DNA of 64,000 bases. Source: Eubacteriales bacterium (GTDB lineage: Bacteria; Bacillota; Clostridia; Oscillospirales; CAG-272). Shown in pieces: positions 9,724 through 17,005 of this stretch. A program made the translations under genes and the position numbers. Location: positions 374 through 64,373 of the forward strand of contig JAZRIQ010000039.1 of assembly GCA_045645405.1 (NCBI GenBank). Direction: 5' to 3'. The first letter of the stretch is position 1. Every line of letters begins with the position of its first letter. The notes below the pieces were generated by a model. That model worked only from the letters and a program-made list of their open reading frames with translations. It made no database searches and was not told the DNA's origin.

Positions 9724-10752
9724 ATGGAAAAGATAAGAGAAATTTTAAAAGCATTGGTTTCATGTCCTGTTATTTCGGGCAGAGAGATGGATGAATTTAA
9801 GGCGGTAAATCAGCTTTGCGCGCCGTACTTTGATATGATTGAGCTTGATAAAGTGGGAAATATTATCCTTGCCAAGCTGACGGGCAGAGATGATGCGCCA
9901 AGACTTATGCTGGACGCTCATTTTGACGTTATTGGACTAATGGTAACGAAAATTCACGAAAACGGCTTTTTGTCCGTATGCGGTATCGGCGGTATTGATA
10001 CGCGTATTCTGCCGTCAACAGAGGTAACCGTTCACGGTAAGGAAAAGGTGTACGGAGTTATTGTTTCAACACCTCCGCACTTAAAGAGTGCAGACAGCAC
10101 CGTGCCGAAAATGGATAGTATTTTGATAGATACCGGTTATAAAAAGGAAGAGCTTGAAAAGCTTGTATCGCCGGGCGATATGATAACCTTAAACGGTGAA
10201 TATACCGAGCTTCAAAACAATTACGTGCTTTCCTCATTCCTTGACAACCGTTCCTGCGCTACTGCCTGTATCTGTGCTGTGGCTGATATGAAACGAGAGG
10301 ATATGGCTTACGATACCTACGTTGTAATTTCCTCGGGAGAAGAGACGGGCAGAATGAAAACCAGAGTTGCCTGCTTTAATATTGAGCCTGATTTGGTAAT
10401 TACTACCGACGTTAATTTTGCTTCTCAACCCGAAATTGAAAAAAGACACTCCATAGAGTGCAGAAAGGGACCCAGCGTTGATATTTCCGTTTTGACGGAC
10501 AGAGAGCTTTCTCGCGGAATTTTAAGATTGGCAAAGGAAAATAATATTCCCTGTCAGGTTATAGTTGAGGCAAAGGGTACCGGTACCAATAACGACATTC
10601 TTTCGATAACAGGCAAGGGCGCCCGTAATGCGGTGTTGAGTCTGCCGTTAAAATCAATGCACACCACCTGTGAATGTGTGAATTTAGAGGATATAAAGCA
10701 TTTAAGTAATCTTTTGGCGGTGATAATAAAAACAAAGGAGGCAGATATATGA
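9724..10752 (+). CDS. M42 family metallopeptidase (FrvX/TET-like), copy 1
   Basis: 342-aa ORF with AHFDVIG, SSGEETG and MHTTCE motifs in the M42 layout. Confidence 0.8.
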   Translation: MEKIREILKALVSCPVISGREMDEFKAVNQLCAPYFDMIELDKVGNIILAKLTGRDDAPRLMLDAHFDVIGLMVTKIHENGFLSVCGIGGIDTRILPSTEVTVHGKEKVYGVIVSTPPHLKSADSTVPKMDSILIDTGYKKEELEKLVSPGDMITLNGEYTELQNNYVLSSFLDNRSCATACICAVADMKREDMAYDTYVVISSGEETGRMKTRVACFNIEPDLVITTDVNFASQPEIEKRHSIECRKGPSVDISVLTDRELSRGILRLAKENNIPCQVIVEAKGTGTNNDILSITGKGARNAVLSLPLKSMHTTCECVNLEDIKHLSNLLAVIIKTKEADI

Positions 10753-11783
10753 GAAATTTATACGAGCTTTTAAAATCTCTTTCTTGCGCTTTTGGCCCTA
10801 CGGGCTATGAAAAAACCGTAAGAGAGATGATTATAAACGAGCTTTCTTTGTATCAAGACAGATTTGAAGCGTATACCGACAAGCTTGGAGCATATATCGT
10901 TCACTTTGTAAGGGAGGATAAGCCGAAGCTTATGGTGAGCGCACATCTTGATGAGGTCGGCTTTATGATTACGGAAATATGCGACAGCGGTTATTTGCGA
11001 TTTGACACGGTTGGCGGCATTGATTCATTGGTTTTATCGTCAAAGCGCGTTATTTCCGAAAACGGTATAAAGGGTGCAATAGTATCAAAGCCTATTCATC
11101 TGCAATCTGCTGATGAAAGAAAGACTGTTACCAAGGCTGACGGAATGTATATTGATATTGGCGCCGAAAGTAAGGAGCAGGCAGAGGACTTGGTTCAGCT
11201 CGGGGATTTATTTACCTTTGATTCCGATTACGTGGAGTTTGGCGACGGATTTATAAAGTGTAAGGCGCTTGACGACCGCTTGGGCTGTGCCATTATGTGC
11301 GAAGCCATAAAGCATATTTGTGAAAACAACCTTGAATTGCAATACGATTTGTATTTTGCTTTTACCTCAAGGGAAGAGGTTGGCTATTCGGGCGCATTTG
11401 TTGCTACGGAGCAAATAAAGCCTGATTACGGCTTTATTATCGAATCAACGGCGGTTGGTGATATCCACGGCGCACCCTCTGAAAAGCTTGTGGCTAAATT
11501 AGGAGAGGGAGGCGCTATTTCCTTTGCGGACAAGGGCACAATTTACGATAAGGAATTTACAAGCCACATAATAGACGTTTGTAAGGTTAACGGCATAAAA
11601 TATCAAATTAAGCAATACGTGTCGGGGGGTAACGATTCCTCCAATATTCAGAGAAGCGCCGGCGGCGCAAAGGTGAGCGTTATGTCTTGTCCCTCACGTT
11701 ATATACATTCGTCATCAAACGTTATTCACAAAAATGATTTTGAGAGCATTTATAAGACGCTGATATGCTTGATTAGCAAATGA
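10749..11783 (+). CDS. M42 family metallopeptidase, copy 2
   Basis: 344-aa ORF with AHLDEVGFMI, LDDRLG and REEVGYSGA motifs. Its start overlaps the copy 1 stop (ATGA). GGAGG RBS. Confidence 0.85.
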   Translation: MRNLYELLKSLSCAFGPTGYEKTVREMIINELSLYQDRFEAYTDKLGAYIVHFVREDKPKLMVSAHLDEVGFMITEICDSGYLRFDTVGGIDSLVLSSKRVISENGIKGAIVSKPIHLQSADERKTVTKADGMYIDIGAESKEQAEDLVQLGDLFTFDSDYVEFGDGFIKCKALDDRLGCAIMCEAIKHICENNLELQYDLYFAFTSREEVGYSGAFVATEQIKPDYGFIIESTAVGDIHGAPSEKLVAKLGEGGAISFADKGTIYDKEFTSHIIDVCKVNGIKYQIKQYVSGGNDSSNIQRSAGGAKVSVMSCPSRYIHSSSNVIHKNDFESIYKTLICLISK

Positions 11784-11807
11784 CGTGAGCATAAAGGAGC
11801 AAAATGA

Positions 11808-12557
11808 ATGATTAAAGCTATAATTTTTGATTTGGACGGTACCCTTGCGGATACTATGCCGGATTTACAGACGGCTATGAACGGAATGCTGACTCGTCTC
11901 GGTTACAGAACAAGGACAAGAACGGAGCTTGTTAAAGCTATAAATAACGGCGCTCGTGAGTTTGTTCGCCGTTCCTTGCCTCGCGAGGTGCAGGGCGTTG
12001 ACTTTATTTTACAAAGTGCCATTGACATCTACGAGGACGAATATTCGAAGTGCTATATAGAAAAGACAGCTCCCTATGATGGAATAGAAGCTCTCCTTAT
12101 GGATTTAAAGTCTATGGGTGTTAAAATTTCCGTTTTATCCAACAAGCAGGACGCATTTGTAAAGGATATTGTGGGAAAGCTATTTGACAAAAAGCTTTTC
12201 AGCTACGTGCAGGGGCAGGACAAGCTTCCTATAAAGCCAAATCCAACGGTGGCGTTGCAGCTTGCTAAAGGAATGGGCGTTAAAGTAAGCAAGTGCCTTT
12301 TCATCGGAGATAGCGACGTTGATATACAGACTGCCAAAAATGCAGGAATGCGTAGCGTTGGCGTGTGCTGGGGCTACCGTACGCAGGAGGTTTTAGAGGA
12401 GGCGGGTGCAGATTTTATTGCAAAATCGCCAAACGATATTTGTCAGATTGTTGCTGATTTGAAAAACGAGGTTATGAAAAAGCGTCGCGGAAAAGATAAG
12501 GAAAAGGGCGACACTCAAACAAACGAAAATAAAGAAAATAAAAATAATGAAAAATAA
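11808..12557 (+). CDS. HAD-superfamily phosphatase (phosphoglycolate phosphatase-like) with a Lys/Asn/Glu-rich tail
   Basis: 249-aa ORF with HAD motif I (IFDLDGTLADT) and motif IV (FIGDSDVD). The last ~28 aa are low complexity. Confidence 0.8.
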   Translation: MIKAIIFDLDGTLADTMPDLQTAMNGMLTRLGYRTRTRTELVKAINNGAREFVRRSLPREVQGVDFILQSAIDIYEDEYSKCYIEKTAPYDGIEALLMDLKSMGVKISVLSNKQDAFVKDIVGKLFDKKLFSYVQGQDKLPIKPNPTVALQLAKGMGVKVSKCLFIGDSDVDIQTAKNAGMRSVGVCWGYRTQEVLEEAGADFIAKSPNDICQIVADLKNEVMKKRRGKDKEKGDTQTNENKENKNNEK

Positions 12558-12597
12558 AAAGAGGCTCGCCTCTGCATTCTTAGCGGAGAAAAACACG

Positions 12598-12634
12598 AAC
12601 ACCACCAAGGAGATTTCTTTGGTGGTGTTTTTTG
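12598..12634 (+). terminator. rho-independent terminator of the HAD gene
   Basis: 11-bp stem aacaccaccaa/ttggtggtgtt followed by T6. Confidence 0.8.
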
Positions 12635-12637
12635 TTG

Positions 12638-12905
12638 AGACGGGCTTACATAAAGGCTCCCTCCGGGAGGGAGCCGGCGCCGTAAGGCGACTGAGGGAGA
12701 GCGCGTTATTATGAGGTCAATCTAAATTCCAAGTCACGCAGGCTCCTTCCACCGCTATCGCGAGAACCCCCAAAACTCATTTCATTCGTTTCGGGGAACC
12801 CCGCAGCGGTCCCCCTCCCTCTCGGAGGGAGGCTTTTGCGTGCCGTTCCTCTGCGGATAGTGCGTAGACGTCCACGCGCTATGCTTGCCCCGGAGAAAAC
12901 AATTA
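12638..12905. repeat. GC-rich structured intergenic element (about 270 bp)
   Basis: About 63% GC on a counted line versus about 40-45% around it. Perfect palindromes ggctccctcc/ggagggagcc (12655-12675) and cctccctc-tcg-gagggagg (12814-12832), plus cgggg-aa-ccccg. No plausible ORF. Shares the GAGGGAGG and GCG(A)TAGCGGTGG motifs with 35116-35195. Confidence 0.5.
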
Positions 12906-12907
12906 TG

Positions 12908-12936
12908 TTGACTGTTATTCCATATTGTGGTATAAT
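12908..12936 (+). promoter_or_regulatory. consensus extended -10 promoter of the orphan gene
   Basis: TTGACT (12908-12913), 17 nt ending in TGG, then TATAAT (12931-12936). Confidence 0.7.
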
Positions 12937-12975
12937 ATTATCAATAAATCAAGCCTTAACAAAGTGAGGAAAAAG

Positions 12976-13692
12976 ATGAAACTCTTATGGCAAAGCAAGT
13001 TTGATAATTTTGATTTAGTAAGAACTTCTCCTTTGTATTACATAGGAATGGCTGAACGAGAGGAATCCACTCTGAATTTCTGGTTCTTTGACTGTAGTGT
13101 GGGCATGAAATTAGTTTCTTTTGATGCTCAAAACGGTCAGATTATTGATTATAAGAACGACGGAAAAATCAGCAAGAAATCTTCTGAAAGAAAAACAAAT
13201 TCACACAATTTAACATTGGATGATTTTGTATTTGGAGAGTACACGATCTCCCATTATGGTGAGTGGGGATATATGTGTAAGAAAAACGGTCAATTATTGT
13301 GGAAGAAGTCCTTAAAGGGCTATCTCTATACTGAAATAGAATTAAATCAAGACAATATTGTTTTCGGTACAGCAGGTCAGGGTGGGCATTTTTATTCTTT
13401 GAATATTGAAACGGGTGAAATTGTATTCGATTTTAATACCAAAGGCACATCGAAATATTTCGATGTAAATGATAGTTATTATTTTTGTTCTACAGATAAT
13501 AAAACCACACAAGTTTTGAGAACTGACTACAGCGGAAATATCTTGGGCAATATTGAGTTGGACGGTATATATTACGACGGATATTGTATTTTCAATATTT
13601 GTGAGGACTTGTTGTGTGTTATGACACTAAAGAAAAGACGAAAAGGAAATTTCGAACTTTTTTCACCTATCTTTCACTGTATCCAATTATAA
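12976..13692 (+). CDS. Hypothetical cytoplasmic protein with PQQ-like beta-propeller repeats (orphan)
   Basis: Start reassigned to the ATG at 12976, which has a GTGAGGA RBS. The track's TTG at 12925 lies inside the promoter. 238 aa. NGQLLWKKSLKG and ETGEIVFDFNTKG resemble PQQ/BamB-type blades. No signal peptide. Visibly AT-richer than neighbouring genes. Confidence 0.65.
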   Translation: MKLLWQSKFDNFDLVRTSPLYYIGMAEREESTLNFWFFDCSVGMKLVSFDAQNGQIIDYKNDGKISKKSSERKTNSHNLTLDDFVFGEYTISHYGEWGYMCKKNGQLLWKKSLKGYLYTEIELNQDNIVFGTAGQGGHFYSLNIETGEIVFDFNTKGTSKYFDVNDSYYFCSTDNKTTQVLRTDYSGNILGNIELDGIYYDGYCIFNICEDLLCVMTLKKRRKGNFELFSPIFHCIQL

Positions 13693-13723
13693 AAAATCTT
13701 TTCTTTGCTTTTTGCATATCAAA

Positions 13724-13748
13724 AGCCACCACGAAAAACGTGGTGGCT
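13724..13748 (-). terminator. terminator hairpin (functions on the minus strand for jag)
   Basis: 10-bp stem agccaccacg/cgtggtggct, with TTTT following on the minus strand. Confidence 0.6.
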
Positions 13749-13774
13749 CATTTCAATTTTACCGCTAATTTTGC

Positions 13775-13796
13775 AGAGGCTCAAAGCCTCTTTTTG
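13775..13796 (+). terminator. rho-independent terminator of the orphan gene
   Basis: Stem agaggc/gcctct followed by TTTTT. Confidence 0.6.
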
Positions 13797-13806
13797 TTAT
13801 TGAAAT

Positions 13807-14760
13807 TTATTTGTTTCTTTTGCGTGCGCCCTCTACGGAGATAACGATTTTACGGTTTTCGTCAGAGCCTACGGAGTGGGTGGAAACGCCTTGAATACCT
13901 TGAACCTCGGAGTGAATAATCATTCTTTCGTATGGGTTCATTGGTTCTAATACTACGTTTCTTTGATACTTTAGTGCCTTTTCTGACATTCTTCTTGCTA
14001 AAGCACGGAGAGCTTGCTCTCTCTTTTCTCTGTAATTTTCAATGTCGATTACAACCTTAACGTATTCCTTATGCTCGCCGTCGCTCTTTCTTGCCAAGCA
14101 GAGGTTAGAAAGGTATTGAATAGCGTCGAGCATTTCGCCTCTGTGACCGATAAGAGTTGTGGCGTCCTTGCCCTCGATAGTAATAAGACGGTTAACGAAG
14201 CCTTTTTCGTTTACTGTCATATCACCCTTAACGTCACATTCAAGGCCTGCGTTTGCAACGAATTGCTTCAAGAAGTTTATTGCAATGGTCTTTTCTTGAA
14301 GAGTAACCTCGATATCCTCGTCCTTAATCATTTTTGGAGTCTCTGCCTTGTTTTCAGCCTGTGGCTTCTTTTCAGGCATTGGCTTTTTCTCTTGCTTCTT
14401 TTCCTGTTGAGCGTTGTTTTCAGCTTGAGGCTTCTTTTCGGCTTGAGGCTTCTTTTCAGCCTGTACTTTCTTTTCGCCGTTTTGCTTGTTGTCCTCTTTT
14501 TTGCCTGCGGGAGCGTTATTTTGCTTTTGCTGAGGCTTGCTATTGTTCTGGTTTTTGTTTTTTGGCTTTCTTTCCTCTCTGCCGTCGTCAACGGAGATTT
14601 TGATTTCAGCCGGAACTGCGCCGAAAAGACCGAGGAAGCCCTTCTTGCCCGGGTTTACAACCTCTTCAAGGGAAATCTCGCCCATGCTTGAATAGATTTC
14701 AACGGCTTTCTTGTAAGCCTCGTCTACTGATTTGGCTGATACTATATATTCTTGTCTCAT
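13807..14760 (-). CDS. jag: Jag/KhpB RNA-binding protein (Jag_N-KH-R3H) with a long Lys/Gln/Glu-rich insert
   Basis: 317-aa ORF. The C-terminal NPYERMIIHSEVQGIQGVSTHSVGSDENRKIVI is an R3H domain. Its position downstream of yidC is canonical. Confidence 0.85.
   Translation of the reverse strand: MRQEYIVSAKSVDEAYKKAVEIYSSMGEISLEEVVNPGKKGFLGLFGAVPAEIKISVDDGREERKPKNKNQNNSKPQQKQNNAPAGKKEDNKQNGEKKVQAEKKPQAEKKPQAENNAQQEKKQEKKPMPEKKPQAENKAETPKMIKDEDIEVTLQEKTIAINFLKQFVANAGLECDVKGDMTVNEKGFVNRLITIEGKDATTLIGHRGEMLDAIQYLSNLCLARKSDGEHKEYVKVVIDIENYREKREQALRALARRMSEKALKYQRNVVLEPMNPYERMIIHSEVQGIQGVSTHSVGSDENRKIVISVEGARKRNK
14353..14490. repeat. 18-bp in-frame tandem repeats (KKPQAE units) inside jag
   Basis: ttcagcttgaggcttctt / ttcggcttgaggcttctt / ttcagcctgtactttctt at 14419-14472, plus degenerate flanking units. 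Confidence 0.7.
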
Positions 14761-14775
14761 ATTTTATCCTTTATT

Positions 14776-15801
14776 TTATTCGTCGTCGTCAATGTGATGT
14801 AGTGAACGGTATGGTCTGTCTGGAATATTTCTTGCATTTGCTGGTGCAGTTATACCCTTTTTAAAGTCCTTTTCAGCCTTTTTGTAGTCTTCCTCGGTAA
14901 ATTTCGGGTAAGGAAGAGCTTTATAAAGAATGAACTGCTGACCCATAGAAAGAATCGTTCTGAAAATCCAATAAATACCGATAGCTGCAGCAAATTTAGC
15001 TGTTACAAAGAAGGTCATAAGAGGTAAAACGTACATCATAGTCTTCATTGAGCTGTTTGCCGCCTGTGTTTCCTGCTGAATGCTCTGATAGTTGAGCTTC
15101 TTTGATAAAAATTGTGAAAGGTACATAAGACCGAGGTTGATGATAGGAATGAAAATCAACCACCAATTTGATCTCAACGCGCTGAATGGGTCTATTCCCA
15201 CGTCAACGCCGAAAAGCGTAGCGTTTGGAACGTCACCGCCAAAGCGTTCAAGCATACCTTTTACAGCATCTAAAACGTTAACTCCCTCGGAGTCAACAAG
15301 AGTTTCGGAAGGAAGCCAACCGTTTGAAAGCTCTCTTGCTATATCAACCTGGAAGGTTGTTGAAGCGGGCTGTCCTTTGCTTGAAAATTCAAGACCAAGC
15401 TCCTTAGCTAAAGAGTAGCAGGTGGAGTAGGAAAGACCTCCGCAGTATTGAAGCGGACGGATAACAACCCAGTAAAGAGGGAAAATGATAACCATTTGAA
15501 CCAGCATAGGAAGACATCCTGCAAGAGGGCTGTATCCGTTCTTTTGCTGAAGCTCAAGAAGCTCATTTTGCATTTTACGCATTGTTATCTGGTCGTTTCT
15601 GCCTGCGTATTTTTTTCTTATTGCCATTTCCTGCGGACGTAGCATTGCCTGCTTAACCATATTCTTTTGTTGTTTCCAGCCAAGAGGGAACAGAACTATC
15701 TGAAACGCCACGGCGAACAAAAGAAGAGAGATTACGTAGTTGTGAGTGAGCCAGTAACAGCCACGCATTACGTAACCAAATAAGTTTTCTAATATTTCCA
15801 T
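14776..15801 (-). CDS. yidC: YidC/Oxa1-family membrane protein insertase
   Basis: 341-aa polytopic ORF with the conserved MQELQPK-like segment (MRKMQNELLELQQKNGYSPLAGCLPMLVQ). Lies between yidD and jag. Confidence 0.9.
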   Translation of the reverse strand: MEILENLFGYVMRGCYWLTHNYVISLLLFAVAFQIVLFPLGWKQQKNMVKQAMLRPQEMAIRKKYAGRNDQITMRKMQNELLELQQKNGYSPLAGCLPMLVQMVIIFPLYWVVIRPLQYCGGLSYSTCYSLAKELGLEFSSKGQPASTTFQVDIARELSNGWLPSETLVDSEGVNVLDAVKGMLERFGGDVPNATLFGVDVGIDPFSALRSNWWLIFIPIINLGLMYLSQFLSKKLNYQSIQQETQAANSSMKTMMYVLPLMTFFVTAKFAAAIGIYWIFRTILSMGQQFILYKALPYPKFTEEDYKKAEKDFKKGITAPANARNIPDRPYRSLHHIDDDE

Positions 15802-15819
15802 TATTTTTCTCCTAAAATT

Positions 15820-16095
15820 TTACTGCTCCTTGCCTTCGCCTTCGCATTCGGCATCATAGCCTGTCTGTCTTTTGAAGGTAAATTTCTTTGGAACAGGGTC
15901 GTAGCCACCACGGCAAAAGGGATTACAGCGCAAAATGCGCCATACACCTAAAATCATTCCGCGAATTACGCCGAATTTTTCAATCGCTTCAACTGTGTAC
16001 ATGGAGCAGGTAGGAGTAAATCTACAAGCCCCGGGCAGCATTGGCGAAATGAATTTGTGGTAGCATTTTATTATGAATACAAAAATTTTCTTCAT
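15820..16095 (-). CDS. yidD: Membrane protein insertion efficiency factor YidD
   Basis: 91-aa ORF with [22 protein letters not shown] and GGYDPVP signatures. Confidence 0.9.
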   Translation of the reverse strand: MKKIFVFIIKCYHKFISPMLPGACRFTPTCSMYTVEAIEKFGVIRGMILGVWRILRCNPFCRGGYDPVPKKFTFKRQTGYDAECEGEGKEQ

Positions 16096-16110
16096 AGTAA
16101 GTAATTGAAA

Positions 16111-16488
16111 CTAATCTTCAATCATTTTAAGTACGAAAAAGGCTTTTTCAAGCTCCTTGGCTATATCTGTTGATTTGACCGAAACGGTGCTTTGCCTTGC
16201 CACAAGGACTATTAAGTAGCCTTTTTTAATATTGTGTACCTTTTCTGTTTGTCTTAAACCCTCACGCAAAATTCTTTTTACACGGTTACGAACGAATGCC
16301 TTTCCCAGCTTCTTTGAAACGGTGATTCCTATTCTGTTTACCAGTTGCTTTTGGGGATGGGACTTTTGTAAAAGCCTTGCCTTTAAGTCCTTAAGCACGT
16401 AAACGATAACGTTTTTGCCTACAAATTTTGCGCCCTTCCCATAAGCCTTTGAATATAGGTGGTTTTCACCTATTGCGATATGCTTCAT
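16111..16488 (-). CDS. rnpA: Ribonuclease P protein component
   Basis: 125-aa basic ORF containing the RNR motif (KAFVRNRVKRILRE). Lies downstream of rpmH. Confidence 0.9.
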   Translation of the reverse strand: MKHIAIGENHLYSKAYGKGAKFVGKNVIVYVLKDLKARLLQKSHPQKQLVNRIGITVSKKLGKAFVRNRVKRILREGLRQTEKVHNIKKGYLIVLVARQSTVSVKSTDIAKELEKAFFVLKMIED

Positions 16489-16562
16489 GGTTTGCTTCCT
16501 TTAATTCTAAATTCTGATAATTTTAAATTCTAAATTTTTGTTGAATTTTATTTCAAAAATTC

Positions 16563-16665
16563 TTGCAGGTAGCACTCCTGCACTTTTTCCTTCACGGTAA
16601 AACAGGCGAATGTGGCGTAATCCTCGCACAGCGAAAACATAAGCCCACACCGACTGCATGCGCAT
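16563..16665. repeat. GC-rich non-coding island between rpmH and rnpA
   Basis: About 100 nt, noticeably GC-richer than its flanks. Contains the tgcagg/cctgca hairpin. Short motif matches (cgaatgtgg, ctgtg..gatt) to the 61.33-61.44 kb island. Confidence 0.35.
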
Positions 16666-16700
16666 TAAAAAATCGGGACGCCTGACAAGGGTCCCGATTA
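16666..16700 (-). terminator. rho-independent terminator directly after rpmH
   Basis: Stem aatcgggac/gtcccgatt followed by T6 on the minus strand, 15 nt after the rpmH stop. Confidence 0.75.
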
Positions 16701-16714
16701 ACAAAAGCCAATGA

Positions 16715-16849
16715 TTAATAAGTTAATCTTGCTCTGCCTTTTGCACGTCTTCTCTTTAAAACCTTTCTGCCGTCAGCAGTTCTCATTCTTTTTCTGAAGC
16801 CATGCTCCTTTTTTCTTTGACGCTTCTTTGGTTGATAAGTTCTTAACAT
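16715..16849 (-). CDS. rpmH: 50S ribosomal protein L34
   Basis: Not in the ORF track (44 aa). Reverse complement translates to [54 protein letters not shown] lies 4-10 nt upstream. Confidence 0.93.
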   Translation of the reverse strand: MLRTYQPKKRQRKKEHGFRKRMRTADGRKVLKRRRAKGRARLTY

Positions 16850-16934
16850 ACTTGCACCTCCTTATTCAAATTGGAAGCTTACTCGCATACGCAACTTGAA
16901 AGCTGAAATAATATCTAGAATTTAAGACACGGAT

Positions 16935-16963
16935 ATTATACACGCATTTTTTACAATTGTCAA
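16935..16963 (-). promoter_or_regulatory. consensus sigma-70 promoter of rpmH
   Basis: Minus strand reads TTGACA (16963-16958), 17 nt, then TATAAT (16940-16935). Confidence 0.7.
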
Positions 16964-17005
16964 GAGTTTTTTTCTATATTTAAGAAAAATTTGTTAAATT
17001 ATTTC

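Noticed and set aside
12925-12975. The TTG start of the orphan ORF at 12925.
   Set aside because: It lies inside the spacer and -10 element of the predicted promoter. The ATG at 12976 has a proper RBS.
14014-14691. A 225-aa plus-strand ORF, with smaller ones at 14328..14603, antisense to jag.
   Set aside because: It lies entirely inside the jag low-complexity repeat region. Its Leu/Phe-rich translation is typical of antisense readings of Lys/Glu codons, and it has no RBS.
16507-16704. A 65-aa minus-strand ORF between rpmH and rnpA.
   Set aside because: It spans a terminator hairpin and the GC-rich island. It has no RBS and an Arg-rich junk-like translation.
16850-17005. Possible oriC/dnaA region upstream of rpmH, the usual bacterial arrangement.
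   Set aside because: The neighbouring gene is ygiQ, not dnaA. The 156-bp spacer holds only a consensus promoter. I see no TTATCCACA-type DnaA boxes and no box cluster.
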